From assembly GCA_019056805.1 (NCBI GenBank), contig DXJG01000009.1, positions 30,001 through 62,000 on the forward strand: a DNA stretch of 32,000 nt, written 5' to 3'. Origin of the DNA: Candidatus Baldrarchaeota archaeon (lineage in GTDB: Archaea; Asgardarchaeota; Baldrarchaeia; Baldrarchaeales; DXJG01). This document shows, piece by piece, positions 22,635 to 31,863 of this stretch. Within the stretch, counting starts at the first letter, position 1, and every line of letters begins with the position of its first letter. The position numbers were made by a program, and so were the translations under genes. The notes below the pieces were generated by a model that saw nothing but the letters and a program-made list of their open reading frames with translations, made no database searches and was not told where the DNA came from.

Positions 22635-23675
22635 TCACCGCTTACATGTCTGGCTAGACACGTTATTGAAAGGGTTATTGTGAAGTATCTTAATCCAATG
22701 ATGTTGTCTTCTGATAACTTTGAAACCAAAACGACTGTACATTTTTATCGCATCAGATAGGATTAGTCCCGTGTCTGCGATAGCTTTGGGGAAACCTTTT
22801 TGACGTATGTTTTCTAGAAGATGATAAAAGAGGGTGTATCCAATACCCATTTTTCGATACTCTGGTAAGACTCCTGGGATACCTAGACGATAGTTGTTGC
22901 CGTTAAAATCCATAACACCAACAACTTTCCCTTTGTATTCCGCCACAAGAATAATTTCATAATCCGCGCTCTTTAAGTAGGAAAGAGCTTGTTCCAATGA
23001 TGCTTTCGGACCAAAGGGAGACCAAGGAGCACTTTTCCTGAATATTTCAGCAACATCTTCGGCGTCCTCTTCTCTTGCAGGTCTCACATTTACATCCAAG
23101 TTAAGTCTAACATGTTTTATAGGCTCACTTAGGTTTAGCTCTGCATATATAGTATCATAGCGCCACGGTTTCGTTTCAGAATAAGGCTTGTAGTAGAAAA
23201 AGTCTTTATGAACAAAGCCTAGTCTACGTAAAAGCTCTTCCGCGGCATTGTTGTCGTTATAAGTCACAACTACCGCGAGGTCTGCTCCCAAATCTTCAAA
23301 ATGCTCCACTATTTTTTTGATAAGGGTCTTTGCTACTCCTAGCCGTCTATAGGGTGGAATAACTGCGATCTTACTTTGCCCCATGTCACGATCTGTGGGA
23401 ACGAAGAGAAGTTCGTTGAAGTCCCTTTTTCCATGTATTAGTTCTAAGCGACAATGTGCGTATCCAACGGCTTTGCCATTCACTTCGGCGATCCACAAAG
23501 ATTCTTTATGTACATGAGTTTCCTTGATCCATGCAGAAACATCCTCAGGCTTTATATAGCGATAGTTATATTCTTTTCCTAAAATTTCAATCCACTCTTC
23601 AAAGGCCGCGTTGTGAATTGAGGCAACTACTCTTTCTTCCCCTGAAATAAAAGGCCTAATTTTAATATCTTTCAT
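22635..23675 (-). CDS. Tandem (two-domain) GNAT-family N-acetyltransferase
   Basis: Two acetyl-CoA motif A segments (VIPPYRRLGVAKTL, VLPEYRKMGIGYTL), each followed by N/A-x-x-L/M-Y-x-x-x-GF-like motifs. Confidence 0.85.
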   Translation of the reverse strand: MKDIKIRPFISGEERVVASIHNAAFEEWIEILGKEYNYRYIKPEDVSAWIKETHVHKESLWIAEVNGKAVGYAHCRLELIHGKRDFNELLFVPTDRDMGQSKIAVIPPYRRLGVAKTLIKKIVEHFEDLGADLAVVVTYNDNNAAEELLRRLGFVHKDFFYYKPYSETKPWRYDTIYAELNLSEPIKHVRLNLDVNVRPAREEDAEDVAEIFRKSAPWSPFGPKASLEQALSYLKSADYEIILVAEYKGKVVGVMDFNGNNYRLGIPGVLPEYRKMGIGYTLFYHLLENIRQKGFPKAIADTGLILSDAIKMYSRFGFKVIRRQHHWIKILHNNPFNNVSSQTCKR

Positions 23676-23995
23676 GTCTTTTCACTTTAAATGTCAACAT
23701 GTATGTTTAGTAATTAGTCGATGTGAGATTTAAAAATGGTCTTTGCAGTTTTCAATCTGACTTCTGATTTTAAACAAAAAACGAGGATTTGACCCAATAT
23801 ATTACTTAGAATATATTTGGTCTAGCATTTATAAGCAATAGTAGTTCGCACTTTTTTCCTGTTAATGGAGATTACATCTAAATTCTAAGCATTGGAAGTA
23901 ACATCCTACTCTCTTTTTGACGCTACAGTTTTAAAGAATTCATGAAAATTATTTATGTTCATAAACTTGTACTCTTCACGGCGTCGAGAGTGATC

Positions 23996-24958
23996 GTGTT
24001 GAGAAACTTTGTTGTGAGGAGTTATAGAGAAGGTGATGAAGATATATGGCTTCATATTGTGAATGAAAGCTTCAAGGCTTGTCCTGGATACGAGCCAAGA
24101 GTCTTATCTGATTTTTTAAGATGGAAGAGCAGCCCTTACTTCGATGAGAAGGGCTTGTTTTTTGCCCAAGTTGATAAGGCGATTGTTGGAACTATTGCAG
24201 CTATGCCCCTCAAATATCTGGCAAAAAAGAAGGGACGTATCACAGACCTAGCTGTTTTACCTCCTTATCAGCGAAAAGGAATTGGCAGTGCACTTCTTGA
24301 GGCCGGTTTAAACTATCTTAAAAGAGAAGGCATGAAAGAGGTTGAAGCCTGGTGCTGGAATTTTCCAGCTTACTTAAATTTTTATAAAAAACATGCTTTT
24401 AAACCTGTGAGAAGACATCTCGCGATTTACTGGGACTTGACTAAACCATTACCGAAACTTACCGTAAATAGAGAAGTTGACGTTAAAAAAGCGACTATAG
24501 TGGATATAGAAGTTTTAGCTGAACTTGCATCTAAGGCTTATCTTCCATATTGGGATTGGTGGTATGAAGACTACGGAGGAACTGAAAAAGTTAGAGAGAA
24601 TTGGAGAAAGAGAGTGAAAGATGAACTTGAAAGGGGCTATGCTTACTTTATAGCATATATCGAAGGAAAACCCATTGGCTTCTCAGCAGCACAAATTAAC
24701 AAAAAATTGATCGAGGAAAAAGGAGTAAAGCTAGGTACTCTCTGGGCAGGAGTTGCCGTACTACCCGAATATAGACGAAAGCACATAGGATCAAGACTTT
24801 TAAGAGAAGCACTAACATTTTTAAAAAAGAAGGGCATGGAAAAAGCAATGGTTGGAACATTCTCCTATCTCCATTCACATACCCCGGCAGTTAACCTCTA
24901 TCTTAAATCTGGCGGAACGATTACACAAGAATTTGTAAGTATGAAAAAACTGTTGTAA
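23996..24958 (+). CDS. Tandem (two-domain) GNAT-family N-acetyltransferase
   Basis: VLPPYQRKGIGSALL and VLPEYRRKHIGSRLL, PAVNLYLKSG. Start placed at GTG 23996 (the ORF track begins at 23942). Confidence 0.85.
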   Translation: MLRNFVVRSYREGDEDIWLHIVNESFKACPGYEPRVLSDFLRWKSSPYFDEKGLFFAQVDKAIVGTIAAMPLKYLAKKKGRITDLAVLPPYQRKGIGSALLEAGLNYLKREGMKEVEAWCWNFPAYLNFYKKHAFKPVRRHLAIYWDLTKPLPKLTVNREVDVKKATIVDIEVLAELASKAYLPYWDWWYEDYGGTEKVRENWRKRVKDELERGYAYFIAYIEGKPIGFSAAQINKKLIEEKGVKLGTLWAGVAVLPEYRRKHIGSRLLREALTFLKKKGMEKAMVGTFSYLHSHTPAVNLYLKSGGTITQEFVSMKKLL

Positions 24959-25083
24959 AATATGCTAACACGAATAATAATTTTTAAAAAATCTAAAAAA
25001 GCGAGTCCACGATATTCAACAAAGAGAAATAGTAAGTATTTTTAACAAAAAAGCTATAAAATATTTAAGATACCGAATTGAGA

Positions 25084-25119
<36 letters not shown>

Positions 25120-25122
25120 GGT

Positions 25123-25141
25123 CTCTCCTCACCTCAACGAA
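25123..25141 (-). other. 19-nt tRNA intron at the canonical 37/38 position
   Basis: BHB: C32-U35 pairs with intron GGAG, bulges UAU and AGA, short intron stem UCG/UGA. Confidence 0.9.
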
Positions 25142-25160
25142 TAAGAGCCCGGCGCTCTAC

Positions 25161-25188
25161 TTTGCCGGTTTCTCATATCAACTTTCCT
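25161..25188 (-). other. 28-nt tRNA intron in the D-loop (between G18 and G19), relaxed splice motif
   Basis: Removal gives a normal D-loop AGCUAGGUA. The central helix AGCU/GGCA has one mismatch. Boundaries were inferred from the mature structure. Confidence 0.7.
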
Positions 25189-25520
25189 CTAGCTAAGCTA
25201 CGGGCCCATTTCAACTTTACATATGTTCTTATCATTAAGGAGGTTTTCTGGTTTTTAAAATTATTTATTTGCAAAATATAAAATGTTTTCGATTAGGTCC
25301 ATTAAATTTTAAGTTGTTGCGTTTGTAGTACTTGAACCAGGTTGTTATTTACTTTGGGATGCTAAAATATTAGTATTTGGGTATTTCGAGGAAATCTTTG
25401 TAAGGGAAGATGAATAATTGTTTAGAAGTCTGTTTTTAGTGTCTTCTTTTTTCTTCTGTTAGAGATACATAGCTATAATTTAAAATAGTTGGTGAGTTAA
25501 GTTATGTAGGTGAGTTGTGA

Positions 25521-26375
25521 TTGGAGGGTTTAAAATTGGATGGTAAGGTTAAGATAGCGATTATTGGTGGATCAGGACTTTATCAGTTACTTGAAAAATC
25601 TGAGCATGTTATTTTAGATACTCCTTTTGGAAAAACACCTCGTATAGAAATTGGTGAAATTGAAGGAGTAAAAGTAGCTTTTTTACCGAGGCACGCTAAG
25701 CCGGGAAGTGAAAAGGTTGGACATGATGTTCCCCCTCATAAAATAAATTTTAGAGCGAATATTTACGGGCTTCACATGCTTGGTGTTGAGAGAATTATCG
25801 CTAGTAGTGCTTGTGGATCGCTGAATCCAGCTATGGAACCCGGAGATTTTGTCATCTTGGACCAGTTCATCGATATGACCAAAAATAGGATATACACTTT
25901 TTATGATGGAGAAACGCCAATTAAGGTTTTAGAGGATAAGCCACCTGTAACTCAGGTTATTCACATAGATTTCACGGAACCTTACTGTCCAGAGTTACGT
26001 AACATAATTTTTAATGCTTGTGAAAAACTTGGAGTTCGTTTTCATAAGAGGGGATGTTATATAGCGGTTGAAGGGCCGAGATTTGAAACATCAGCTGAAA
26101 TTAGAGCGTATAGGCTTATTGGCGGCGATGTTGTAGGTATGACAAATGTACCGGAAAGTGTTTTGGCAAGGGAGCTTGGAAAATGCTATGCGGCGATAGC
26201 GATAGTGACTAATTGGGCTGCTGGAATACAGGAAAAGGTTTCTCATCAAGAGGTGATAGAACTTTTTAGTAGGAAAATTGAAGATATAAGACAAGTTATC
26301 AAAGAAGTTATTAAAAATGTCCCTGAGGAAAGGCATTGCCGATGCGAAAGCCTTGTAAGAGAAGCTATCTTTTAA
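25521..26375 (+). CDS. mtnP: MTAP/PNP family 2 nucleoside phosphorylase, predicted 6-oxopurine (methylthioinosine) specific
   Basis: IIGGSG, LPRH...H-x-x-PPH-x-IN-x-RAN, ACGSL, DQFID-x-T, EGPRFET-x-AE, VGMT-x-x-PE. Base-specificity loop is VTNWAAG rather than VTDYD. Confidence 0.88.
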   Translation: MEGLKLDGKVKIAIIGGSGLYQLLEKSEHVILDTPFGKTPRIEIGEIEGVKVAFLPRHAKPGSEKVGHDVPPHKINFRANIYGLHMLGVERIIASSACGSLNPAMEPGDFVILDQFIDMTKNRIYTFYDGETPIKVLEDKPPVTQVIHIDFTEPYCPELRNIIFNACEKLGVRFHKRGCYIAVEGPRFETSAEIRAYRLIGGDVVGMTNVPESVLARELGKCYAAIAIVTNWAAGIQEKVSHQEVIELFSRKIEDIRQVIKEVIKNVPEERHCRCESLVREAIF

Positions 26376-26467
26376 CAAACTATCTAGAAGTCCTAAGTCT
26401 TCGATCAAACCTAATACCCAATACTATTTTTATTGGATCTACAGCTATACTGTAAAATAAAGAGATT

Positions 26468-27751
26468 TTAGGTTCCAGTTGCGTAGCTTCTTATGTATTC
26501 TTCCTGTTCAGGGGTTGGTTTATCGATTTCTATTCCCATTGATTTAAGTTTTAGTTCTGCTACCATTTTATCGATTTCTTCAGGGACTTTGTAGACTTTA
26601 GGCTCTAATTTATCGTGATTTTCTAATACGTATTTTGCTGATAATGCTTGAAGTGAAAAACTGAAGTCCATAACTTCAACTGGATGGCCTTGTCCAGCTA
26701 CAATATTTACAAGCCTGCCCTTAGCAAGTAAGTAAAGCTTTCTTCCATCTTTTAATTCATATTCTTCAACGAGGTAATCGTCGTATGGTAAACCGAAGTA
26801 TCTTGTTTTTCTCTTTTTAACTGCTAGTTTTTCAAGATCTGGAATGCAAACTTCAACATCAAAATGACCGGCATTACAGAAAATGCATTTATCTTTTGCA
26901 ACTTCAAAATGTTCTTTTCTCACTACTTTGTTAACTCCTGTCACTGTGATTACCATGTCTGCTTGTTTTACTGCATCGAGCATCTTCATGACTTGGTAGC
27001 CTTCCATGTAGGCTTCTAGAGCCTTAATGGGATCAACTTCACATACAATTACTTTTGCGCCCATTCCTTTTAATCTGCTAGCTAAACCACGTCCACACCA
27101 ACCAAATCCAGCTACAACCACTGTTTTACCGGCTATCATCAAATTTGTTGCATTTAAAATTCCAAATATAGATGATTCAGCTGTTCCAAACCGATTATCA
27201 AATAAATGTTTCATTTTTGCATCGTTTACTGCTATAACTGGAAACTTTAGTTTTCCTTCCTTTTCCAGATTCTTTACTCGAGTAACTCCACTTGTTGTTT
27301 CTTCACATCCTCCTACTACCTTATCTAGAAGCTCCGTTCTTTCTTGATGAACTAAAACTATTCCGTCTGCGCCATCGTCGATAATTATATCAGGATTGTG
27401 ATCTAAAACTCTGTTTATATTCTCCCAGTATTCTTTAATAGTTTCTCCACGCCATGAATAAACATGTATGTTTGGATGTTCTGCTAAAGCGGCGGCTACA
27501 GAGTCGTCGGTAGTTTCTGGGTTTCCTGAGGTTGTTGCAACTGTTGCTCCTGCATCTGCTAAAACTCTTAGTAGTGCTGCTGTTTTAGCCTCTAAATGAA
27601 GTATGGCTGCTATTGTTTTATTTTTGAAAGGTTTATTTTTTTCAAAATTTTTTCTTATTTCCTTTAAAATTGGCATAAAGTTCTCTGCCCACTCTATTTT
27701 CAATTTTCCTTTATCTGCCAAACTCGGATCCTTCACTATACTTTTTCCCAT
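26468..27751 (-). CDS. ahcY: Adenosylhomocysteinase family (SAH/SIH hydrolase)
   Basis: IIDDGAD, EETTSGV, AVNDA-x-x-K-x-LFDNRFGT, AGFGWCGRG, NAGHFDVE, GRLVN...GHP-x-EVMD-x-SF. Substrate loop reads HLEAKT. Confidence 0.96.
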   Translation of the reverse strand: MGKSIVKDPSLADKGKLKIEWAENFMPILKEIRKNFEKNKPFKNKTIAAILHLEAKTAALLRVLADAGATVATTSGNPETTDDSVAAALAEHPNIHVYSWRGETIKEYWENINRVLDHNPDIIIDDGADGIVLVHQERTELLDKVVGGCEETTSGVTRVKNLEKEGKLKFPVIAVNDAKMKHLFDNRFGTAESSIFGILNATNLMIAGKTVVVAGFGWCGRGLASRLKGMGAKVIVCEVDPIKALEAYMEGYQVMKMLDAVKQADMVITVTGVNKVVRKEHFEVAKDKCIFCNAGHFDVEVCIPDLEKLAVKKRKTRYFGLPYDDYLVEEYELKDGRKLYLLAKGRLVNIVAGQGHPVEVMDFSFSLQALSAKYVLENHDKLEPKVYKVPEEIDKMVAELKLKSMGIEIDKPTPEQEEYIRSYATGT

Positions 27752-27972
27752 TTTACCTCCCCTTTGTTTCCTTCTTTCTCAATATCTTAAAACTGTATGA
27801 GGTTAAATTAGTTATGTTTGCATTTCTTAAAATTAGGTTGTGGATGTGTTAAATATTGTGTCTGTTTATCCTTGCATATGGTTTCTTAATGTTTTTAAGA
27901 TTGATCAAATACATGTTCTTATTACTGTATATTTGGTTGGAAGTTTAGTGTGGGGTGATATGGGTGGAATTT

Positions 27973-29286
27973 ATGGTTAAAGGTAGTTTTGTTGTTGTTC
28001 GTCCTGATAAAGTTTTGAGGGATGCAGTTGTTGTGGTTGAAGATGATAGAATAGTTGATGTAGGCAAGGAAAGCGAGTTAAAAGGTAAATATAATCGTTA
28101 TGAAGTCATTGACGGTAAAGGTAAGGTAGTTTTTCCAGGTTTAGTTAATTGTCATACACATGCTGCTATGACTTTGTTTAGAGGTTATGCTGATGATATG
28201 GTTCTTAGTGAATGGTTAACCAAGAAAATTTGGCCTATTGAAGCTCACCTGAAACCTGAAGATGTTTATGTGGGTACATTGCTTGCATGCTTAGAAATGT
28301 TAAAATCTGGTACTACAGCGTTTGCTGACATGTATTTTTACATGGATGAAGCTGCAAAAGCCATTGTAGAAAGTGGTCTCAGAGCAGTTATCTCTCATGG
28401 TATGATCGAGCTTGGTAATGTGGAGAAAGGTGAAAAAGAAATAAGGGAAGCCGAAAGAATTGTTAAGTCATGTCAAGGTTTAGGTGATGGCAGAGTAACT
28501 ACAATGTTTGGTCCACATGCACCCTACACATGTTCTCCAGAATACCTGCAAAAAGTTAAAGAAATAGCAGAGAAATATGGCGTTGGCATACATATTCATT
28601 TAGCTGAAACCAAAGATGAAGTTAATAAGGTCAAAGAAGCTTTTGGAATCGATTTAAAAAATAAAGGAGTTATTGAATATATCAATGAGCTTGGAATTCT
28701 AGACTCTAGCGTTTTAGCCGCTCATGTCGTCTGGGTTTCTGAAAAAGAGATAAAAATTCTCGCTGAAAAAAATGTTAAGGTAGCTCATAATCCTGTAAGC
28801 AACTTGAAGTTAGCTAGTGGAGTTGCCCCAGTTCCCCAAATGCTAAGAACAGGGGTTTCTGTAGGTTTAGCTACTGATGGAGCTGCTAGTAACAATTGTT
28901 TAGATATGTTTGAAGAAATGAAGGTAGCTGCTATAGTTCATAAAGCTTATAATTTTGATCCAACAGTTGTCTCCGCTTCTGAAATCTTGGAAATGGCTAC
29001 TACTGGTGGTGCAAAGGCCTTACTCCTAGAAAAAGATATAGGAACTTTAGAAATCGGCAAAAAAGCTGATATAGTGATTGTAGATTTAAAGAAACCAAGA
29101 TTAACCCCATTACATAATATCGTATCGCACTTAGTTTATGCAGCAAAAGGCGATGATGTATGCACTGTCATTGTTGACGGGAAAGTTTTAATGGAAAACC
29201 ATGTGGTTAAGGTCTTAGATGAGAACAAGGTTATGGAACTTGCTCAAAAAACAGCCGAAGACCTAATTTCACGTGCTCAAACTTAG
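27973..29286 (+). CDS. mtaD: 5'-methylthioadenosine/S-adenosylhomocysteine (5'-deoxyadenosine) deaminase, amidohydrolase superfamily
   Basis: PGLVNCHTH, FRG-x-ADD-x-x-L-x-x-WL, GTT-x-FADMY, GPHAPYT, HIHLAET, HNPVSNLKL-x-SG, LATDGAASNN. ATG 27973 chosen (the ORF track begins at GTG 27955). Confidence 0.9.
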   Translation: MVKGSFVVVRPDKVLRDAVVVVEDDRIVDVGKESELKGKYNRYEVIDGKGKVVFPGLVNCHTHAAMTLFRGYADDMVLSEWLTKKIWPIEAHLKPEDVYVGTLLACLEMLKSGTTAFADMYFYMDEAAKAIVESGLRAVISHGMIELGNVEKGEKEIREAERIVKSCQGLGDGRVTTMFGPHAPYTCSPEYLQKVKEIAEKYGVGIHIHLAETKDEVNKVKEAFGIDLKNKGVIEYINELGILDSSVLAAHVVWVSEKEIKILAEKNVKVAHNPVSNLKLASGVAPVPQMLRTGVSVGLATDGAASNNCLDMFEEMKVAAIVHKAYNFDPTVVSASEILEMATTGGAKALLLEKDIGTLEIGKKADIVIVDLKKPRLTPLHNIVSHLVYAAKGDDVCTVIVDGKVLMENHVVKVLDENKVMELAQKTAEDLISRAQT

Positions 29287-29301
29287 CTGGAGGTCTGAAA
29301 C

Positions 29302-29913
29302 ATTAAAAAACGTGTCCCTGCTGTTAAGCTTCATATCGAAGACATAGTAAGAGGAAAATTCGTTAAGGAGGAAGATGGAAGAAGAGTATTTGTCACTCAT
29401 GATGAGAGAGTTGTTAGTAGGGTTAGAGTTCTTGGAACAGTGGTTCGAAAATTTATAAATGAAGACGAATCATATGGATTCCTAATATTAGACGACGGTA
29501 CGGAAACTATTAGAGTAAAAGTATGGAGAGAAGATGTAGAATTAATTGAGCAGTTTGAGGAAGGCGATATTGTAGATGTCTTTGGCAGGGTTCGTGAGTT
29601 TGGAGAAGAAATTTATATTGTTCCCGAAATAATCGTTAAAGTTAATGACCCAAATTGGGAGATTTTAAGGGAATTAGAAATTATAAATGATAAATTAGAA
29701 AGTTTAAAGAGCAAAGAGACGCCAATTCCTGAAGTAGCTATTTTAGAGGCCTTAGAACGCTTAGATAACGGTGAAGGGGTAAGTATTGAAGACTTGGCGA
29801 GAGAACTTGGAGATCCTCCCAAGGAAAATCTTCAAAAAGTGCTACGCATCCTTATGAGTAGAGGAGAAATCTACGAAAGCAAGCCAAATTATTATAGAAA
29901 AGTTGGAGTGTGA
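29302..29913 (+). CDS. Replication protein A subunit, Rpa2/RPA32-like (OB fold + C-terminal winged helix), apparent ATT start
   Basis: The frame stays open upstream of the ORF-track start and gives KKRVPAVKLHIEDIVRG, like the thermococcal Rpa2 N-terminus. OB core RVRVLGTVV...LDDGTETI...VDVFG-x-VREF, then a C-terminal wHTH. SD GGAGGT lies 7 nt before the ATT. Confidence 0.8.
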   Translation: MKKRVPAVKLHIEDIVRGKFVKEEDGRRVFVTHDERVVSRVRVLGTVVRKFINEDESYGFLILDDGTETIRVKVWREDVELIEQFEEGDIVDVFGRVREFGEEIYIVPEIIVKVNDPNWEILRELEIINDKLESLKSKETPIPEVAILEALERLDNGEGVSIEDLARELGDPPKENLQKVLRILMSRGEIYESKPNYYRKVGV

Positions 29914-29917
29914 AAAA

Positions 29918-30334
29918 TTGGCGGAGAAATATGACTATGAAAAGCTATTAGAAGAAGCTTATGCTCAATTACCAAAGGAAATATTTGAAAGTAGACGTTT
30001 TGAAATACCAAAAACCATCAGTTTTATAGAAGGAAAGAAAACAGTTGTTCAGAATTTTAAAGAGATAGCTGACATACTAAATAGAGATGTCAAGCACATC
30101 TTAAAGTTCTTTCTTAGAGAATTAGCAACAGCAGGTGAAATTGAAGGTACTAGGGCAGTGTTTAAAGGACAATTCTCAAATTACGTATTAAACGACATTG
30201 TTAAAAGATACGCTAATCTATATGTTATCTGTCCAGAATGTAAAAAGCCAGACACAAAGATTGTTAGAGAAGGAAGATTCCTGTTCCTTGTTTGTGAAGC
30301 TTGTGGCGCAAAAACTCCAATTAAACCGCTCTAG
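29918..30334 (+). CDS. eif2b: Translation initiation factor aIF2 beta subunit
   Basis: Y-x-x-LL-x-x-AY-x-x-LP, RFEIP, NF-x-x-IA-x-x-LNR, ELATAG, YVICPECKKPDT, CEACGA. TTG start. Confidence 0.96.
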   Translation: MAEKYDYEKLLEEAYAQLPKEIFESRRFEIPKTISFIEGKKTVVQNFKEIADILNRDVKHILKFFLRELATAGEIEGTRAVFKGQFSNYVLNDIVKRYANLYVICPECKKPDTKIVREGRFLFLVCEACGAKTPIKPL

Positions 30335-30357
30335 TCCCTTTAATGTTGGTGCAAAGA

Positions 30358-30657
30358 ATGCGTGTCTACCTGAAAGTAAGGCGGGTTCAGAAAGAAATTG
30401 TTGTAGCTGTATGTGACGAAGAACTATTAGGTAAGAAGTTTCAAGAAGGAGAATTAAGATTACATGTTAAAGAAGATTTTTACGGAGGAAAACTAGTTTC
30501 AATAAAGGAAGGCATTGATGCTATTAAAGAGTCAACCATAGCAAATATAGTTGGTAAAAATATTATTCAAAAATTGATTGAAGAGGGTTTGATAATCGAA
30601 GAGGCTGTTATAAAAATTGCCGGGATTCCTCATGTGCAAATAATCAAAATGATATAA
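30358..30657 (+). CDS. DUF424 family protein
   Basis: VVAVCDEELLGK, FYGG, A-x-IANIVG, I-x-GIPH-x-QI; conserved position between aIF2beta and NMD3. Confidence 0.88.
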   Translation: MRVYLKVRRVQKEIVVAVCDEELLGKKFQEGELRLHVKEDFYGGKLVSIKEGIDAIKESTIANIVGKNIIQKLIEEGLIIEEAVIKIAGIPHVQIIKMI

Positions 30658-30719
30658 ATTTCCAACTGTTTTCTTCTTTTGATGCTATAATAACTCATTA
30701 TATATTTTGGGGAGAAAAT

Positions 30720-31838
30720 ATGTCAAAAAATCAAAAAAAGCTATTTTGTATAGAATGTGGTAAGAGTCTTGAAAAAGATGAAATAATTAATGGGCTATGT
30801 ATTGATTGTTATCGCAAATTTTACTCTCTTTTTGATGTAAAAGATACAGATATCGATATTTGTCGTAGATGTTTTTCCTTCAGACATCGTAATAAATGGA
30901 TAACGGTTAAAACTTCGGATCTAACAGAGGTTGTACAGCAAATATTAAAAGTAAAATCATCATTTCTCACCGAAAAGCATGGAAAAGTTGAGATATCTTT
31001 TGAAAATATAGAATTCGAAAGGAAGAGTGTAGAAGATACGATTACAGCCGTGGTTAGAGTTGTAGGAATAGGAAAACCGATCCCCAAAGTTCCTGTATAC
31101 AAAGAAGTGAAAAATCTTAAATTGAACTTACATTTTACATTATGTCAAAAATGTGCACAATTTACCCGAGAATATTTTGAAGCGATTATTCAACTCAGAG
31201 GAGAGCCAGAACACGTTGATGAAGCTTTAAATATAACACTGAATATCATTGATAACATTTTTAACAAAAGGAAGATGGATGAAAAAGCATTTGTAACAAA
31301 AATCAAAAAGACTAGAGGCGGAATAGATATTTATTTCGGATCTAACAGAATTGCACGTATGGTTGCTTATCAATTACGTGATGAATTAGGAGCAAAAATC
31401 ATAGAAACTAGAAAAATAGTTAGTAAGGATAGACAAACAAGTAAAAATGTTTATAAACAAACATTTTCTGTCAGACTTTTACCTTTTAAAAAGGGAGATA
31501 TACTTGAAATTAATGAAACTGCTTTTCTTGTTTTGGACGATATTCCTTCTAGGGGGAAACTAAGATCATTTAACATTATATCGGGTAAAGAAGAAAATAT
31601 TCCAGTTAAAAATCTTTGGAAAGAGGATATCAAAATTCTTGCACGAGAAAACATTGAAAAATTCATGGTTGCTTCCGTCTCTAAAAATTACGTAACACTT
31701 ATGAATTTACGGGACTATTCTCCCTTAGAGATTAGTAAAGATGATATTCCATTCAAAATTAGTGAAGGAGAAGAAGTAGAAGCCATAAAAATCAAGGGAA
31801 AACTTTATCTACTCCCTAAAGTAATGAAAAAGAAGTAA
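30720..31838 (+). CDS. nmd3: Large ribosomal subunit biogenesis factor NMD3
   Basis: Four CxxC pairs (CIEC, CIDC, CRRC, CQKC), YFEAIIQLR, GG-x-DIY, K-x-V-x-KDRQTSK-x-VYK-x-T-x-SVRL, C-terminal SH3/OB-like domains. Confidence 0.92.
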   Translation: MSKNQKKLFCIECGKSLEKDEIINGLCIDCYRKFYSLFDVKDTDIDICRRCFSFRHRNKWITVKTSDLTEVVQQILKVKSSFLTEKHGKVEISFENIEFERKSVEDTITAVVRVVGIGKPIPKVPVYKEVKNLKLNLHFTLCQKCAQFTREYFEAIIQLRGEPEHVDEALNITLNIIDNIFNKRKMDEKAFVTKIKKTRGGIDIYFGSNRIARMVAYQLRDELGAKIIETRKIVSKDRQTSKNVYKQTFSVRLLPFKKGDILEINETAFLVLDDIPSRGKLRSFNIISGKEENIPVKNLWKEDIKILARENIEKFMVASVSKNYVTLMNLRDYSPLEISKDDIPFKISEGEEVEAIKIKGKLYLLPKVMKKK

Positions 31839-31863
31839 TATAGTACTTAGAAGAGGGATAAAA

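Noticed and set aside
25690-25960. In-frame BHB introns explaining two short loop insertions in the phosphorylase (AKPGSEKV; ETPIKVLEDKPP)
   Set aside because: The only 4-bp helix candidate examined (first insertion) lacks an inner stem and would remove 16 nt, breaking the frame. No BHB was evident at the second. Treated as protein loops.
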